IMG/VR virus record: IMGVR_UViG_3300045988_126226
Location: 131,035 to 192,808 of that record
Direction: 5' to 3' (one strand)
Length of the DNA stretch: 61,774 nucleotides
Origin: a virus
Below are positions 40,357 to 50,914 of the stretch, one piece after another (the first letter of the stretch is position 1; every line of letters starts with the position of its first letter). Below the pieces are notes generated by a model. That model was not told where the DNA came from and searched no databases. It was given only the letters and a program-made list of their open reading frames with translations. A program made the position numbers and the translations under genes.

Positions 40357-41269
40357 AATTGATATGACTGGATAGAAATTCGGTCGTTGGACTGTCATAG
40401 GTTTTGATTGTAATAAAAATAGACGAACTATGTGGAAGTGTAGATGCGATTGTGGCACTGAAAGAAGTGTTGAAGGAGCTCGTTTGAGAGGTGGTCGATC
40501 AAAATCTTGCGGATGCCTTTTAAGAGAAAGCACAGCATTACGTAGTCGTAAAGACATAACAAATTAGAGGTTTGGTCGATTAGTTGCTTTATATCCAACC
40601 GAAGAGCGTCAAGGTGGAAAAATTATTTGGTTATGTAAATGCGATTGTGGTAATGAAGTAAAAGTCCCAATAGATAGATTAACTGGAAAAAATACTTAGT
40701 CTTGTGGTTGTTTATCGAAAGAAAAAACAAGTGAAAGATTTTGTATTGATTTAACGGGATAGATATTTGGAAAATTAACTGTAATAAAAAGAGATAATAC
40801 TAAAAACTATAAACGAGTGCGTTGGCTTTGTAAATGTTCTTGCGGAAATTCAGAATTAGAATCTGTTGATGGCTATTATTTAAGGTCAGGAGAAAAAACT
40901 CAATGTTCTAAATGTGTTCCTAAGTCAAAAGGAGAAGAACAAATAAAAAATATTTTAATTAAAAATAATATTTCTTTCACACAAGAAAAAAGTTTTGATG
41001 ATTGTCGTTTTCCTAAAACTAATAGACTTGCTCGTTTTGATTTTTATATAGATAATAAATATTTAATAGAATTTGATGGAAGATAGCATATTTAGAATAC
41101 CAGTAAATGGAACAGTGAATGGAATTTAGAATATGTTTAGGAGCATGATTAGATAAAAAATAATTATTGTAAAGAACATAATATTCCTTTAATTAGAATT
41201 CCATACAGTAAAATTAATTATATCAAGCTTGAAGATCTTTTATTAGAAACTTCTAAATATAAAATATAA
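40346..41269 (+). CDS. multi-repeat Zn-ribbon / PD-(D/E)XK homing-endonuclease-like protein (307 aa, ~9 TAG)
   Basis: three repeats of G[KR]W..C[KR]C.CGN..(n)..SCGCL plus C-terminal FDFYIDNKYLIEFDGR-Q-HI Vsr/DUF559-like domain; open only with TAG as sense. Confidence 0.5.
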
Positions 41270-41291
41270 ATTCGGCTTGAAGAAAGGATCA

Positions 41292-41455
41292 TTATGATTA
41301 TTATGCTATTTATTATATTAGTATTTTTCGGCTTTATGTATATTGATTTGCTGAATGATGATACTATGCCTCTCAATGAGAAGTATTATTACTGCGGTAT
41401 GGGCATGTTGCTTTGCCTGTTTGCCGGCTTCATTCAGTCAGTCTTTTATGCTTAA
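41292..41455 (+). CDS. small membrane protein (53 aa)
   Basis: SD gaaagga; hydrophobic. Confidence 0.45.
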
Positions 41456-41531
41456 AGTAATTATTCTTTGTTTTTGCGCTCTTGGCATTTTATCCGTTTT
41501 GTTCGATGACTTAGATTAAGGAGGAGGATAT

Positions 41532-41738
41532 ATGGTAGAGTTTATTGTAGAAATTATTCTTGGATTAATTATAGCAAGGCTTGCCTTATGTATCTTCAAG
41601 CTTGCTGATGGCGCTTCCCCTCCCGAAGATACGTTTTTAATTGACACTTGTGTCATTACTGGAAGTTTGCTACTTATAATCTCTACGCTCCCAATCATAT
41701 CAGGAGTGTATGGAGTAATTCAATATTTTATTCATTAA
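41532..41738 (+). CDS. small membrane protein (68 aa)
   Basis: SD aaggaggagg. Confidence 0.55.
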   Translation: MVEFIVEIILGLIIARLALCIFKLADGASPPEDTFLIDTCVITGSLLLIISTLPIISGVYGVIQYFIH

Positions 41739-41751
41739 GGAGAAAATAGTT

Positions 41752-42156
41752 ATGCTTTATGTAGTTTTTATTCTTGTGCTTGCGGGCTTTATCGCTTTTG
41801 CAATTTGGGGTTTTGATAAATATTCTGCTCTTGGTTGTCTTAGTTCGATTGTCGGCATCATTGGCACGATTATCTTTGGAATTGTAGTGGTATTTTCCAC
41901 TATTGCAGTTATCAATGAAAACGTGTATAGTGATGCTCTTTATGAGAAATATACGGCTCGTCGAGAAGCTCTTGAATGGCGACTCGAACAGGATTATACC
42001 GATAATGATAACAACCTTGGCGCAACTGAACTTTATAAAGAAATTCAGGAATATAATGAAGACCTTGCGAGCGCAAAATCTAATCGCGCAAACCCTTGGT
42101 TGAAGATCTACGCCGGAAAATATGTTGATCGGCTTGAATTTATTGAGTTGAAGTAA
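41752..42156 (+). CDS. membrane protein with C-terminal coiled coil (134 aa)
   Basis: SD aaggag; 2 TM helices. Confidence 0.55.
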   Translation: MLYVVFILVLAGFIAFAIWGFDKYSALGCLSSIVGIIGTIIFGIVVVFSTIAVINENVYSDALYEKYTARREALEWRLEQDYTDNDNNLGATELYKEIQEYNEDLASAKSNRANPWLKIYAGKYVDRLEFIELK

Positions 42157-42253
42157 ACAATAAGGGCTTATGTTAATTCATAAGTCCTTATTTTATTTTT
42201 ATAAAAAAATATAATATAATATATATATAAAGTTAAGAAAGGAAATAAAAATT

Positions 42254-42529
42254 ATGTATGTAGAGCTTTGGGATCTGATTGGTAGAAAGTATACTGATCC
42301 AGAAGATGATGAATACGCAATGCTCGTTTCTAAGGATGGCGTTCATATCGCCAACGCGGTCGAGATTCTTTTCTCTAAGGCTAAGGGCGAGGGTCGAATC
42401 CGTGAGTATAACATCGAAATCCCCTGCGTTTTCGATACAATCGGCATTGAAATGGTTTACGTGCTGATTGTTTCTTGGATTAATGCAGATGGCTCTCTTG
42501 GAACTTATTATACGGAGGTATGTCATTAA
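42254..42529 (+). CDS. hypothetical protein (91 aa)
   Basis: middle-type promoter; SD aaaggaaa. Confidence 0.55.
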   Translation: MYVELWDLIGRKYTDPEDDEYAMLVSKDGVHIANAVEILFSKAKGEGRIREYNIEIPCVFDTIGIEMVYVLIVSWINADGSLGTYYTEVCH

Positions 42530-42777
42530 TGACTGTTTATGCTCTTTGTTATCATTATGATAGTTTTGGCGGTGATGATACCGCAGTGCTTAGCCTTTAT
42601 TCTACTGAGGAAAAGGCTTTTGAAGCAGGACGAAAGAAAGAAAAGGAAGCGCAAGAACGTTGGGAAAAAAATAAGTCTATCTCATATCGTAAAAAGCCTT
42701 CGTTTGATGGGTTTTTCGTTCACGGCTATGGCGACTACTATGTAAAGATTATGGAAGTTGATAAGGAGACTATCTAA
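42520..42777 (+). CDS. hypothetical protein (85 aa)
   Basis: coupled ORF; TAATG overlap with next. Confidence 0.5.
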   Translation: MSLMTVYALCYHYDSFGGDDTAVLSLYSTEEKAFEAGRKKEKEAQERWEKNKSISYRKKPSFDGFFVHGYGDYYVKIMEVDKETI

Positions 42778-43094
42778 TGGTTGTAATGATTTATGCTTAT
42801 GAAAGCGTCTATTGCGGACTCCACGGCATCAATACTGGCGGTGTCTTTGAGGTTGATAGTGTCGCAGAAGCTGATGATATTGGCAAAGGAATGGCTTATG
42901 ATGTAATTGATGGTTATAGCCATGTCTTTGCGGATTACGACCTGGAAGAGGTAGAGGAAGGCATTGAATGGGAGGTTTGGCCCGTCCGCGATAACACTGG
43001 GCTTTCCGTTAGTGAGCTTGACTGCGAATTTGCGCGTCTCGGTAGAAGTCTCTTTATTGATGAGTATTGTTGTGTAGATATCCACAATACTTAA
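42777..43094 (+). CDS. acidic hypothetical protein (105 aa)
   Basis: coupled ORF. Confidence 0.5.
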   Translation: MVVMIYAYESVYCGLHGINTGGVFEVDSVAEADDIGKGMAYDVIDGYSHVFADYDLEEVEEGIEWEVWPVRDNTGLSVSELDCEFARLGRSLFIDEYCCVDIHNT

Positions 43095-43345
43095 TATAAA
43101 ACTCTGGAAGGGCATTCTCTTCCCCAATAGGATAAAGTTTCAGTCCATACCGCTCAGGGATGCTATTCAATAAGGTTAGATTATAAGTGGGTATGATAGT
43201 TCTGCTAACAAACTTGAATAGGCTATATTATATACGCTGAATCCTTGATTGTATGATACCTCCAAAAAAGAGTTTTATTGATTTTTTATAAAAAAATATA
43301 TTATAATATTTATAGAAAGTTAAAGAGAAGATAAAAAAAGGAGAG

Positions 43346-43624
43346 ATGCTTATGCTTGGGGCTGTTAATATTCCTTATTCTAAAATTAAAGAAGACATTG
43401 AGGACATTTGCGTTGAGTATGGTCATGGTGGTTATGACGTAATGACTTGTGATGAGAGCGCAGTTGATAAAATTATTGAATACTTTCAAGCTAAGCGCGC
43501 ATCTCAGCAATGGATTCTTTCTTGCGCTGAATGGCCTAATAAAGAAGGCGGTGCTTGCTTTGTCTCTTGGATGGAGGAAGGCCGTTTGTGTGCTTATGAA
43601 TTTGATTATTTAATGGAGAATTAA
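43346..43624 (+). CDS. hypothetical protein (92 aa)
   Basis: middle-type promoter; SD aaaggagag. Confidence 0.55.
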   Translation: MLMLGAVNIPYSKIKEDIEDICVEYGHGGYDVMTCDESAVDKIIEYFQAKRASQQWILSCAEWPNKEGGACFVSWMEEGRLCAYEFDYLMEN

Positions 43625-43625
43625 T

Positions 43626-43877
43626 ATGGAAGTTAAATTTTATCACATTCAAACATACACCTGCTATTGTGGTGAAACAATAGATCATTTCTTTAAAGGC
43701 ACGGAAAAAGAAATGGAACGATATGCAGAATCTTGTGTTGAAGATGACGCTATGGAATGGTGGGATCAGCAAAGCGAAGAAGACTTTTATGATGAGTATG
43801 ACGCTTATCTTGCCGAATGTGGGTATAATGTTTGGGAAGTCTCGGAAGAAGAATATGAAAAGTATAAGGAGTTTTAA
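43626..43877 (+). CDS. acidic hypothetical protein (83 aa)
   Basis: coupled ORF. Confidence 0.5.
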   Translation: MEVKFYHIQTYTCYCGETIDHFFKGTEKEMERYAESCVEDDAMEWWDQQSEEDFYDEYDAYLAECGYNVWEVSEEEYEKYKEF

Positions 43878-43879
43878 TT

Positions 43880-44194
43880 ATGAAAACGATTTACGCTATT
43901 AGAGACAATGAGACTGAGGAGATTGTTCTTCTTACAGAAACTATTGATGACGCTCAGGAAACAGTTCTTTCTCTCCAAGAGGAAGCAATGTATGAGCGAT
44001 TCCTTAGCGATACCGTGCGATTCACAAGTTCTTATCTTACCATTAAACCGGAAAAGTGGTGGGCGGAGGTCGCCAGCTTGAAAGATTGGTATAGCAAGCT
44101 TCAAGCTATGAAGTCTCCTTATATCACAACCGAAGGTTTCGCAATTCAGTTTAAGAGCCATGAATATTATATTGAGGAGCAGACAATCCTATGA
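43880..44194 (+). CDS. hypothetical protein (104 aa)
   Basis: coupled ORF. Confidence 0.5.
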   Translation: MKTIYAIRDNETEEIVLLTETIDDAQETVLSLQEEAMYERFLSDTVRFTSSYLTIKPEKWWAEVASLKDWYSKLQAMKSPYITTEGFAIQFKSHEYYIEEQTIL

Positions 44195-44478
44195 AAAGAG
44201 TTCACTTAGTATGTGATGAATTTCGCCCCGTTTTAGCTTGCGGTGATCTTTCAGATGCATATGAAATGCTTCTTTCTTTTTATGAAGAAAGAACTTATGA
44301 TGATTTTCTTTGGTCTTGTGTTTATCATGATTTGTCCATTGAGGATTATTTTGATAGTATGAAATGTTCTTTTGAGCTATATAATAAATATAATAACTCT
44401 AAGAAATATGAAACACTTGAAGCTTATATCTTAGAGGATGAAAAACATTTTAGCATAGTTAGTTTGTGGGAGGTGTAA
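44191..44478 (+). CDS. hypothetical protein (95 aa)
   Basis: ATGA coupling. Confidence 0.5.
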   Translation: MKRVHLVCDEFRPVLACGDLSDAYEMLLSFYEERTYDDFLWSCVYHDLSIEDYFDSMKCSFELYNKYNNSKKYETLEAYILEDEKHFSIVSLWEV

Positions 44479-44481
44479 AGC

Positions 44482-45201
44482 ATGGTAGCTCCGAGTTTTC
44501 AGTCGTATAAAGTAATCGGTGATGTTTATATTTCCGGTGGTAAAAAGTATATTCAAGTTCAGCATCCCCGAACTCTTAATGTGAGACAGGTTAGGTGGTA
44601 TGAAGACGCGGAGTATGCTAAGCTTTACCCTGAAAAATCCCAAGAGGTAGCAACTAAGATGGCTCCGCATCGTCAGGTTCTTGGGTTTGGCGATGCGGGC
44701 TACATCACGATTTTCAAAGGTAATTGTGATGAAGAGAATGATTGGTTTAAGATGAGTCCCGCACGTTATACGCGGTTGTGGGGTTGGTATTTCCGCTCGT
44801 GTGATGAAATTCCTGCCCTTCCCGCGGACGTTGAACCGATTCGTCTTGATTGGGATAAGGTCGGCGGAGCGGATGGCGAACTTTATCGTGAAGAAGTGGT
44901 AAAGCACGCGGTTGATGCCCTTGTGTATGACGAAAGTTTGGCTCAGTGGATCGGCAACATCGGCGACCGCCTTGACATTACTGTAAAAGTTGATGATAAG
45001 CACGCTCTTGAAAGCAAATATGGTCATACCATTGCTTATTCTATGAGCGATGCTGATGGTAATCAGTTTATGTGGATTACTTCTTCCAAGAGTGATTGGA
45101 CTGTTGGAAATACTTATCATATCCGCGGAACGGTGAAATCGCAAGATGTTCGTAAGAATGTAAAGATTAACACGTTAACAAGATGTAGTGAGGTAAAATA
45201 A
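44482..45201 (+). CDS. hypothetical protein (239 aa)
   Basis: SD ggaggtg; TAATG coupling downstream. Confidence 0.55.
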   Translation: MVAPSFQSYKVIGDVYISGGKKYIQVQHPRTLNVRQVRWYEDAEYAKLYPEKSQEVATKMAPHRQVLGFGDAGYITIFKGNCDEENDWFKMSPARYTRLWGWYFRSCDEIPALPADVEPIRLDWDKVGGADGELYREEVVKHAVDALVYDESLAQWIGNIGDRLDITVKVDDKHALESKYGHTIAYSMSDADGNQFMWITSSKSDWTVGNTYHIRGTVKSQDVRKNVKINTLTRCSEVK

Positions 45202-45377
45202 TGGAAATGGAACCTATTTATTGTGCGTATGATACGCTAAATCCTACTCTGAATCCTGATGGGACAGAGAAGCACTGGTGCGACTATTATAATAGTTATA
45301 TTTGTCTCAAATGTCCCTCTCGATTCAATGGTGAACGTATCAAGAAGTATATGGAAAATAATCCGAAGGAGCATTAA
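45201..45377 (+). CDS. small Cys-containing protein (58 aa)
   Basis: coupled ORF. Confidence 0.4.
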   Translation: MEMEPIYCAYDTLNPTLNPDGTEKHWCDYYNSYICLKCPSRFNGERIKKYMENNPKEH

Positions 45378-45380
45378 ATT

Positions 45381-46052
45381 ATGAAGAGATTTATTTGTGG
45401 TATTATTGCGATTATCCTTTGCCTTTCGTTGACTGCGTGCGGTGGTCCAGAAGCAACTACAATTACCGCCGAGCCGGAGGATGGCGATGTTAAGCTTTCT
45501 TTCCTTGCTACCTTTTATGATAACTACGGTACTCAGTGGCTTCAATGTGAAGGTGAAACCTTTGACATTAAGCCTAACAAGGTAAAGGAATGGGCTTATA
45601 GCACGGACGGTCATTGGGTTAGTTCTTATTCTCTTTCGTCTATTGTAAGCGTCAATATTGATGGTAAGAGTATTGAGAGTTGCGGTTCTACTATTGTTTT
45701 TGCTAATAGCCGTCTCACTCAGTATGATGTAGATATTCCCGCGGAAGCCTCGACTAATAGTGGCAATGGAGCTAGCATTTCCGCGCCTACCGACCGCCGT
45801 TGGAATGATTATTGGGATCTTTCTTGGTGGTATTTGAAGTCTAAGAATTTGAATAATGCGGATTCCGGCAGTAAGATTGTAGTGATTCAGTCTCAGATGG
45901 GCGACCCCATTTGTATGTTTGTAGGAGATGACGTCTCTTGGGACATTCCAAAGAATCTTCCTAAGACTACTCAGTTGATGATTGATGGTAAGGCAGTATA
46001 TATTCATCGCGCGAATTTCGCCATCATTGATACTGAATTATTCAATAATTAA
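45381..46052 (+). CDS. lipoprotein (223 aa)
   Basis: signal peptide with lipobox LSLTAC; SD aaggag. Confidence 0.6.
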   Translation: MKRFICGIIAIILCLSLTACGGPEATTITAEPEDGDVKLSFLATFYDNYGTQWLQCEGETFDIKPNKVKEWAYSTDGHWVSSYSLSSIVSVNIDGKSIESCGSTIVFANSRLTQYDVDIPAEASTNSGNGASISAPTDRRWNDYWDLSWWYLKSKNLNNADSGSKIVVIQSQMGDPICMFVGDDVSWDIPKNLPKTTQLMIDGKAVYIHRANFAIIDTELFNN

Positions 46053-46131
46053 ATAAATAAAAAGTCCTTTTTTGATTTTTTATAAATATTATTATATAAT
46101 ATTTATAGAAAGTTAAGAAAGGACTTTTTTT

Positions 46132-46416
46132 ATGGATTATACTTTGAAACCTATTGTATATGGAAGTCAATTTAGGATTTGGCTTCATGATACTTTCCCT
46201 GAGTGGTCAGAGAATGATATTGATGATGTTTTAGATATTATTCTTGGTGATTGGAGTTATACCGAAGTTTATTTCATTAACAATGATGAAGATTTATCTC
46301 TTGTTGATGAAGATGAGCGCGAAATCTTCGCTAACGTGAATCGTGTTTATGCCGAACTTCGTAATGCCTTTTGTGATACTGACTATGTAAGTATACTCGT
46401 GTGTCGTAGTTGGTAA
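46132..46416 (+). CDS. acidic hypothetical protein (94 aa)
   Basis: middle-type promoter; SD aaaggac. Confidence 0.5.
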   Translation: MDYTLKPIVYGSQFRIWLHDTFPEWSENDIDDVLDIILGDWSYTEVYFINNDEDLSLVDEDEREIFANVNRVYAELRNAFCDTDYVSILVCRSW

Positions 46417-46485
46417 GATCTTTTTGACATTTTTAAAAAAATAATATATAATATATATAGAAAATAAGAAAAGAGGTTATTTGTT

Positions 46486-46728
46486 ATGGAGTATCACTAC
46501 ATAGCTCATGTTAATGCAGTAGACCCAGGAAAGGAAGATTTTCAGGGTGTAATAGTAGCCTCTGATTATTTGGAAGCAATTAAGCGTATTGTATATTTCT
46601 ATAAATATGATATTGCTTTTGTTGAAATTATTATCGCTGATGATAAAACAGTTCCTTACCTTGGAGCAAAGATTACTTTTAGTCATCAGGCAATTTGTGA
46701 TATATTAGGAGAAGATAACAATGATTGA
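46486..46728 (+). CDS. hypothetical protein (80 aa)
   Basis: middle-type promoter ttgacattttt..tatataat; SD aagaggt. Confidence 0.55.
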   Translation: MEYHYIAHVNAVDPGKEDFQGVIVASDYLEAIKRIVYFYKYDIAFVEIIIADDKTVPYLGAKITFSHQAICDILGEDNND

Positions 46729-46996
46729 AAAAGTAATCGCAATTCATAGTGAGCACTATGGTTTGGTGTTCTGCACGGCTACTGAAACTTGGACTCCCGA
46801 GGAATTCATTACTCATTTAGCCATTCCGCACAAGTCTCGTTATAAGATTCGTGAAATTTGGGAAATGGATTATCCCGAAGATGGTATTCATGCTCATATG
46901 ATGGATATCCTTATTAAGAAAGATAAGGACGGTAAAGCGCATACTGAGTTTGATTTCTTTTGGGACGATAAAGATACGTTGGAGTGGATGGAGTAA
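46721..46996 (+). CDS. hypothetical protein (91 aa)
   Basis: coupled ORF. Confidence 0.5.
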   Translation: MIEKVIAIHSEHYGLVFCTATETWTPEEFITHLAIPHKSRYKIREIWEMDYPEDGIHAHMMDILIKKDKDGKAHTEFDFFWDDKDTLEWME

Positions 46997-47157
46997 TGGA
47001 TAATTTGTTTATGTGTTATGCGAATCATACTGAGGAACTTGAAAGAATTATCAAGGAAATCAGTGCGGGCGCAACAAGTTTCCAGACTGAACTCACTCTG
47101 ACGGATAGCGATATGGAATATATCCGACGAGAAGTGGAGAGGAGACTAAATGGCTGA
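46996..47157 (+). CDS. small protein (53 aa)
   Basis: TAATG coupling on both sides. Confidence 0.4.
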   Translation: MDNLFMCYANHTEELERIIKEISAGATSFQTELTLTDSDMEYIRREVERRLNG

Positions 47158-48502
47158 AACTAATGTAATGGGAACTTATAAATTCCCACCTAATGTTTTT
47201 GATAAAATCTTAGACAATTTTAGTCAAGCAGTTCAAGATAATAAGTATCATAAGCTTGATTACGTCTTTTGGCGTAAGTTAAAGACTTCTAAGAATAGTG
47301 TTAGGATTGTCGTTAAAATTGGCCTTAATGGCCAAATTTTCTTTGATGTTTTTCCTGATACTTACATTATGAATTCTTTCTTTGCTAATGCTGACGATGG
47401 TTCTTTTGGTGAATTTTTAGCTGATAATGTTTGTAATATTTTTACAAATGATTATGCGATTGAATGTTCGGAAAAGTTTCTTGAATATAAGATGCGTAGG
47501 GCAAAGAAGACTGTTGAAAAGAATAACGATATAAGCAAAACCCGCGATGACTTTGATTATATCAAAGTGTATGACAAGGGAATATGGAGCACAGAATTTT
47601 CTTGTGCGAATACTATTTCTGATGAAGAAGCCCAGAAGATTCTTGGAGAGTTAAATACTACACCTATTACGGTAGTTTCTGATAGCGATTGTATGACTGG
47701 AAAAGTTGCTTCAATTGATTCTAACACGATTTTCGCTACCTCTACTCCTGCCACAATTACACTCGGTAGTAAAATTGACGCAATTAAAGATAAGTGCGCC
47801 ATGCTTGATAACGATTATATTGATGATCGAATCAATAAAGTTTTGAACGAACAAAATACATTTAACAATAATGTTGATAATAAGAAAGGAAATAAGAAAA
47901 TGAAGGCGTTTAATTTTGATTTTGGCCCCTGCACCACTGATAACATTCGTATGTCTATGTATGGCCTGGCCGTAAAGAACGCGAACGGCACTTGGGTTTC
48001 TTACAACCCTGAGAGCAAGGAGATTATCGACGTCGATATCTTCAACTTTGATGGCGGTAAGTTCCTTTACAAGATGCCGGTTGCCATCAAGGACGTTAAG
48101 GTCGGCGACATTGTGATCCACAACCGCAAGGCGATGTTTGTGATCGATGTGTCTGAGACCGGTATGACTGCGATTGATCCGCAGGCTGGTGAGGAGAAGA
48201 AGATTCTGCTTACCAAGTCCCCGTTTGGTTTCAACTTCGCAACGAAGGTCGTGTCTCTCTTTAACATGACTTCTGATGCGCCCACTCCGGATGCGCCGTT
48301 CGGCAATATGCTCCCCTTCCTCATGATGAGTGAGAATAGTGGCGAGTTCGATATGAACACCATGCTGATGCTCTCTATGATGGGCGGTCAGAGTGGCATG
48401 GATTTCTCTAAGAATCCTATGATGATGTATTTCCTTATGAAGGACTCCAAGAACGCGGATGATCTTCTTCCGCTCATGTTCATGGGTAATCTTTGTAAGT
48501 AA
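47150..48502 (+). CDS. large hypothetical protein (450 aa) with Met-rich low-complexity C-terminus
   Basis: ORF track; SD ggagagg; TAA; terminator 48511-48560. Confidence 0.6.
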   Translation: MAETNVMGTYKFPPNVFDKILDNFSQAVQDNKYHKLDYVFWRKLKTSKNSVRIVVKIGLNGQIFFDVFPDTYIMNSFFANADDGSFGEFLADNVCNIFTNDYAIECSEKFLEYKMRRAKKTVEKNNDISKTRDDFDYIKVYDKGIWSTEFSCANTISDEEAQKILGELNTTPITVVSDSDCMTGKVASIDSNTIFATSTPATITLGSKIDAIKDKCAMLDNDYIDDRINKVLNEQNTFNNNVDNKKGNKKMKAFNFDFGPCTTDNIRMSMYGLAVKNANGTWVSYNPESKEIIDVDIFNFDGGKFLYKMPVAIKDVKVGDIVIHNRKAMFVIDVSETGMTAIDPQAGEEKKILLTKSPFGFNFATKVVSLFNMTSDAPTPDAPFGNMLPFLMMSENSGEFDMNTMLMLSMMGGQSGMDFSKNPMMMYFLMKDSKNADDLLPLMFMGNLCK

Positions 48503-48631
48503 ATATAATAAAACCCCTTTCGCAAGAAAGCCCTTTGATTGACCGCAAAGGGCTTTCTTTATTTTTATAAAAAAATATATTATAATATATATATAAGGTT
48601 AAGAAAGATATTAAAAAGAGGTTGATAAGAT

Positions 48632-50236
48632 ATGGCTAATTTATTTGAACTCCTTTCCAAAGAAGATTGCGAAAAGATTGAATGGTATATCCGCAATTTT
48701 GCGGGTCTTGGCGGAGATAGTTCCGATATGAAGGCATCGCTTGATTATATTCTTCGCTTTTGGTCTTATAATAAACAGAGTCTTTATAAGATGCTTGGAA
48801 ATAATCTTATCATTTCTCGCAAGGTAAATTATTCTCGCACCTATGAAGATATGAGCGATGACTATTATGATTATTTCGGTCGAAATGGCGATGGGTATGA
48901 ATTCCGAAATATTTTTTATGAGGGAGTAGAGAATCTTTATCGTGAGGGAGCTCTTACTGATAACCAATATTTTACTATGGCAAATCTTTTGAATGTTGAG
49001 GCTTTAATGTCTAACATTTATGATAGGGAGTCTTTTAAACTTACCTATAACAATAAAACTCTTATGATTAATCAGGGTATGAAGCTTAGTAAGATGCTTG
49101 GTAAGATGAGTGATATCTTGGAGATTGATCGCGATATCTATGAGAAGTTCCGTATCGCTCATTCTCAGTTCCTTAATCAGAAGAATATTTCTGGTGAGCT
49201 TTGTCTTTCTATCCATCCTCTCGATTATATCACTATGAGTGATAATAACTGCGGTTGGGACTCTTGTATGAGATGGCAAAATGGCGGTGGTGAGTATCGT
49301 CAGGGAACCGTTGAAATGATGAACTCTCCTATTATCCTTGAAGCTTATCTCAAATCTGATAAGGATATGGAACTTTGGTATAAGAACGGTCAGCCTGTTA
49401 TGTGGAATAGTAAGCGTTGGCGCGAGCTCTTCATCGTAGACGAGCACCTTATTCTTGGTATTAAGGGTTATCCTTATTGTAATGAAAATCTTGAAAGCAT
49501 TTGTCTTTCTTGGATTAAGGAACTTACTGAGAAGAATCTCGGTTTTGGTCCTTATACTCAGTATCTGAATCAGATTCATAATTATAGCATTAATTTTATT
49601 GGTGAGCTTGATGCAAGTGTATATTTCAATCTTGACACCAATTTTATGTATAATGATATCTACGGAGATCATAACGCTTATATTTCCACTAAGATCTGTA
49701 CTGATGATAATATTGACCTCAATTATTCGGGTGAATCTGAGTGTATGTGTTGCGGAGAGCTTCTTGATGATTCTCTCTTCGATGATAGAGAGAATAACGC
49801 GGAAATGGTCATTTGCACGAGTTGTTCGGGTGCAGTAAAGTGCGATAAGTGTGGCGATATTGTTTATGTCGATGACACTTATAATGTCAATGGAAAAACT
49901 TATTGTGTTTATTGTTATGATGAAAGTACAGAAGTTTGTCCTTGTTGTGAAGTCCGCAAAGATTATGATGATATGAAACAAATCCGCCTTCGATTCCAGA
50001 AGAAGTCAGTTGGATTTTATGCGGATATTTGTTGGGATTGTTGTGAAGATAAAAAAGTAAAGACTTTCTTCACTGGTGAAATTGAAGAAGACAGAGATGG
50101 TTGGCGCACCAATTATTATGTCGATGGAGAAACTCTCACTGAAAAAGGCAGAGATCTCTTTGATATTAATGAAAAGGAATTTATTTCTTGGGTTAATGGC
50201 ACTAACCCAAATCAAAGACCTTCTTTGATTTTTTAA
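48632..50236 (+). CDS. large Cys-rich protein, paralog 1 (534 aa), C-terminal Zn-ribbon cluster
   Basis: middle-type promoter; shared motifs with 52744 gene (S[IV]HPLD[YF]..S[DE]N...W.SC....GEYR.G and WNSK[RK]WR); 8+ CxxC pairs. Confidence 0.6.
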   Translation: MANLFELLSKEDCEKIEWYIRNFAGLGGDSSDMKASLDYILRFWSYNKQSLYKMLGNNLIISRKVNYSRTYEDMSDDYYDYFGRNGDGYEFRNIFYEGVENLYREGALTDNQYFTMANLLNVEALMSNIYDRESFKLTYNNKTLMINQGMKLSKMLGKMSDILEIDRDIYEKFRIAHSQFLNQKNISGELCLSIHPLDYITMSDNNCGWDSCMRWQNGGGEYRQGTVEMMNSPIILEAYLKSDKDMELWYKNGQPVMWNSKRWRELFIVDEHLILGIKGYPYCNENLESICLSWIKELTEKNLGFGPYTQYLNQIHNYSINFIGELDASVYFNLDTNFMYNDIYGDHNAYISTKICTDDNIDLNYSGESECMCCGELLDDSLFDDRENNAEMVICTSCSGAVKCDKCGDIVYVDDTYNVNGKTYCVYCYDESTEVCPCCEVRKDYDDMKQIRLRFQKKSVGFYADICWDCCEDKKVKTFFTGEIEEDRDGWRTNYYVDGETLTEKGRDLFDINEKEFISWVNGTNPNQRPSLIF

Positions 50237-50326
50237 AAAAAATAATATATAATATTTATGTAAGGTAAAGGAAGAAATACTTCCTAAAAATAAAATTGTT
50301 ATTTATGAAAGGTTAAGGTAAAAATT

Positions 50327-50743
50327 ATGACTAATGAAGTTAAGGTTTCTAAGCGCGACTATCTGACCGCGATTATCGGAGCTATGCACACTGGTGAGAT
50401 CAAGTATGATCCCAACGACGTGATCGCATTTTGCGAGCATGAGATTGAGTTGCTTGATAAGAAGACTGCCAAGGCTAAGGAGCGTGCGGCCGCCAAGCGC
50501 GCTGAGGGTGATGAGCTGACCGAGCAGATTTATGACGTTCTTTCTGGCGATGAGTTTATGACCATCCCTGAGATCGTCAAGGCTCTCGGCGATGAGGATG
50601 TCTCTGCGCAGAAGGCAAGTTATCGACTTCGCACTCTTGTGAGCGAGAATCGTGCGGAGAAGACTGAGGTCTCTGTGCCGGGCGCTGATGGCGGTAAGGC
50701 CAGCAAGAAAGTGGCTTATCGTAAGGTCGCTTTTGAGGGCTGA
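50327..50743 (+). CDS. paralog family protein C (138 aa)
   Basis: distant paralog of 28902/31522 (shared FxEHEIELLxKK core); Rho-independent terminator after. Confidence 0.55.
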   Translation: MTNEVKVSKRDYLTAIIGAMHTGEIKYDPNDVIAFCEHEIELLDKKTAKAKERAAAKRAEGDELTEQIYDVLSGDEFMTIPEIVKALGDEDVSAQKASYRLRTLVSENRAEKTEVSVPGADGGKASKKVAYRKVAFEG

Positions 50744-50914
50744 GAATTAAATGATTAAATGGACTGAAAAATTTTCAGTCCATTTTTTCTTGTTATCTGC
50801 TCCGACCGGTGCTGGCCGCATACACCGAAAGTCCAAAAGTAAAAAGCCGTTTAGAATTTTCTTGACAAAATTGGAGTTTTTTGTTATAATTATATTATAA
50901 AGGAGTGATATAAT

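Noticed and set aside
39390-49981. Minus-strand ORFs in the middle block (39390..39992, 44431..45144, 45237..46007, 49004..49981 and others)
   Set aside because: Antisense to translationally coupled plus-strand operon genes. Low-complexity I/N/R-rich translations. No starts with SD.
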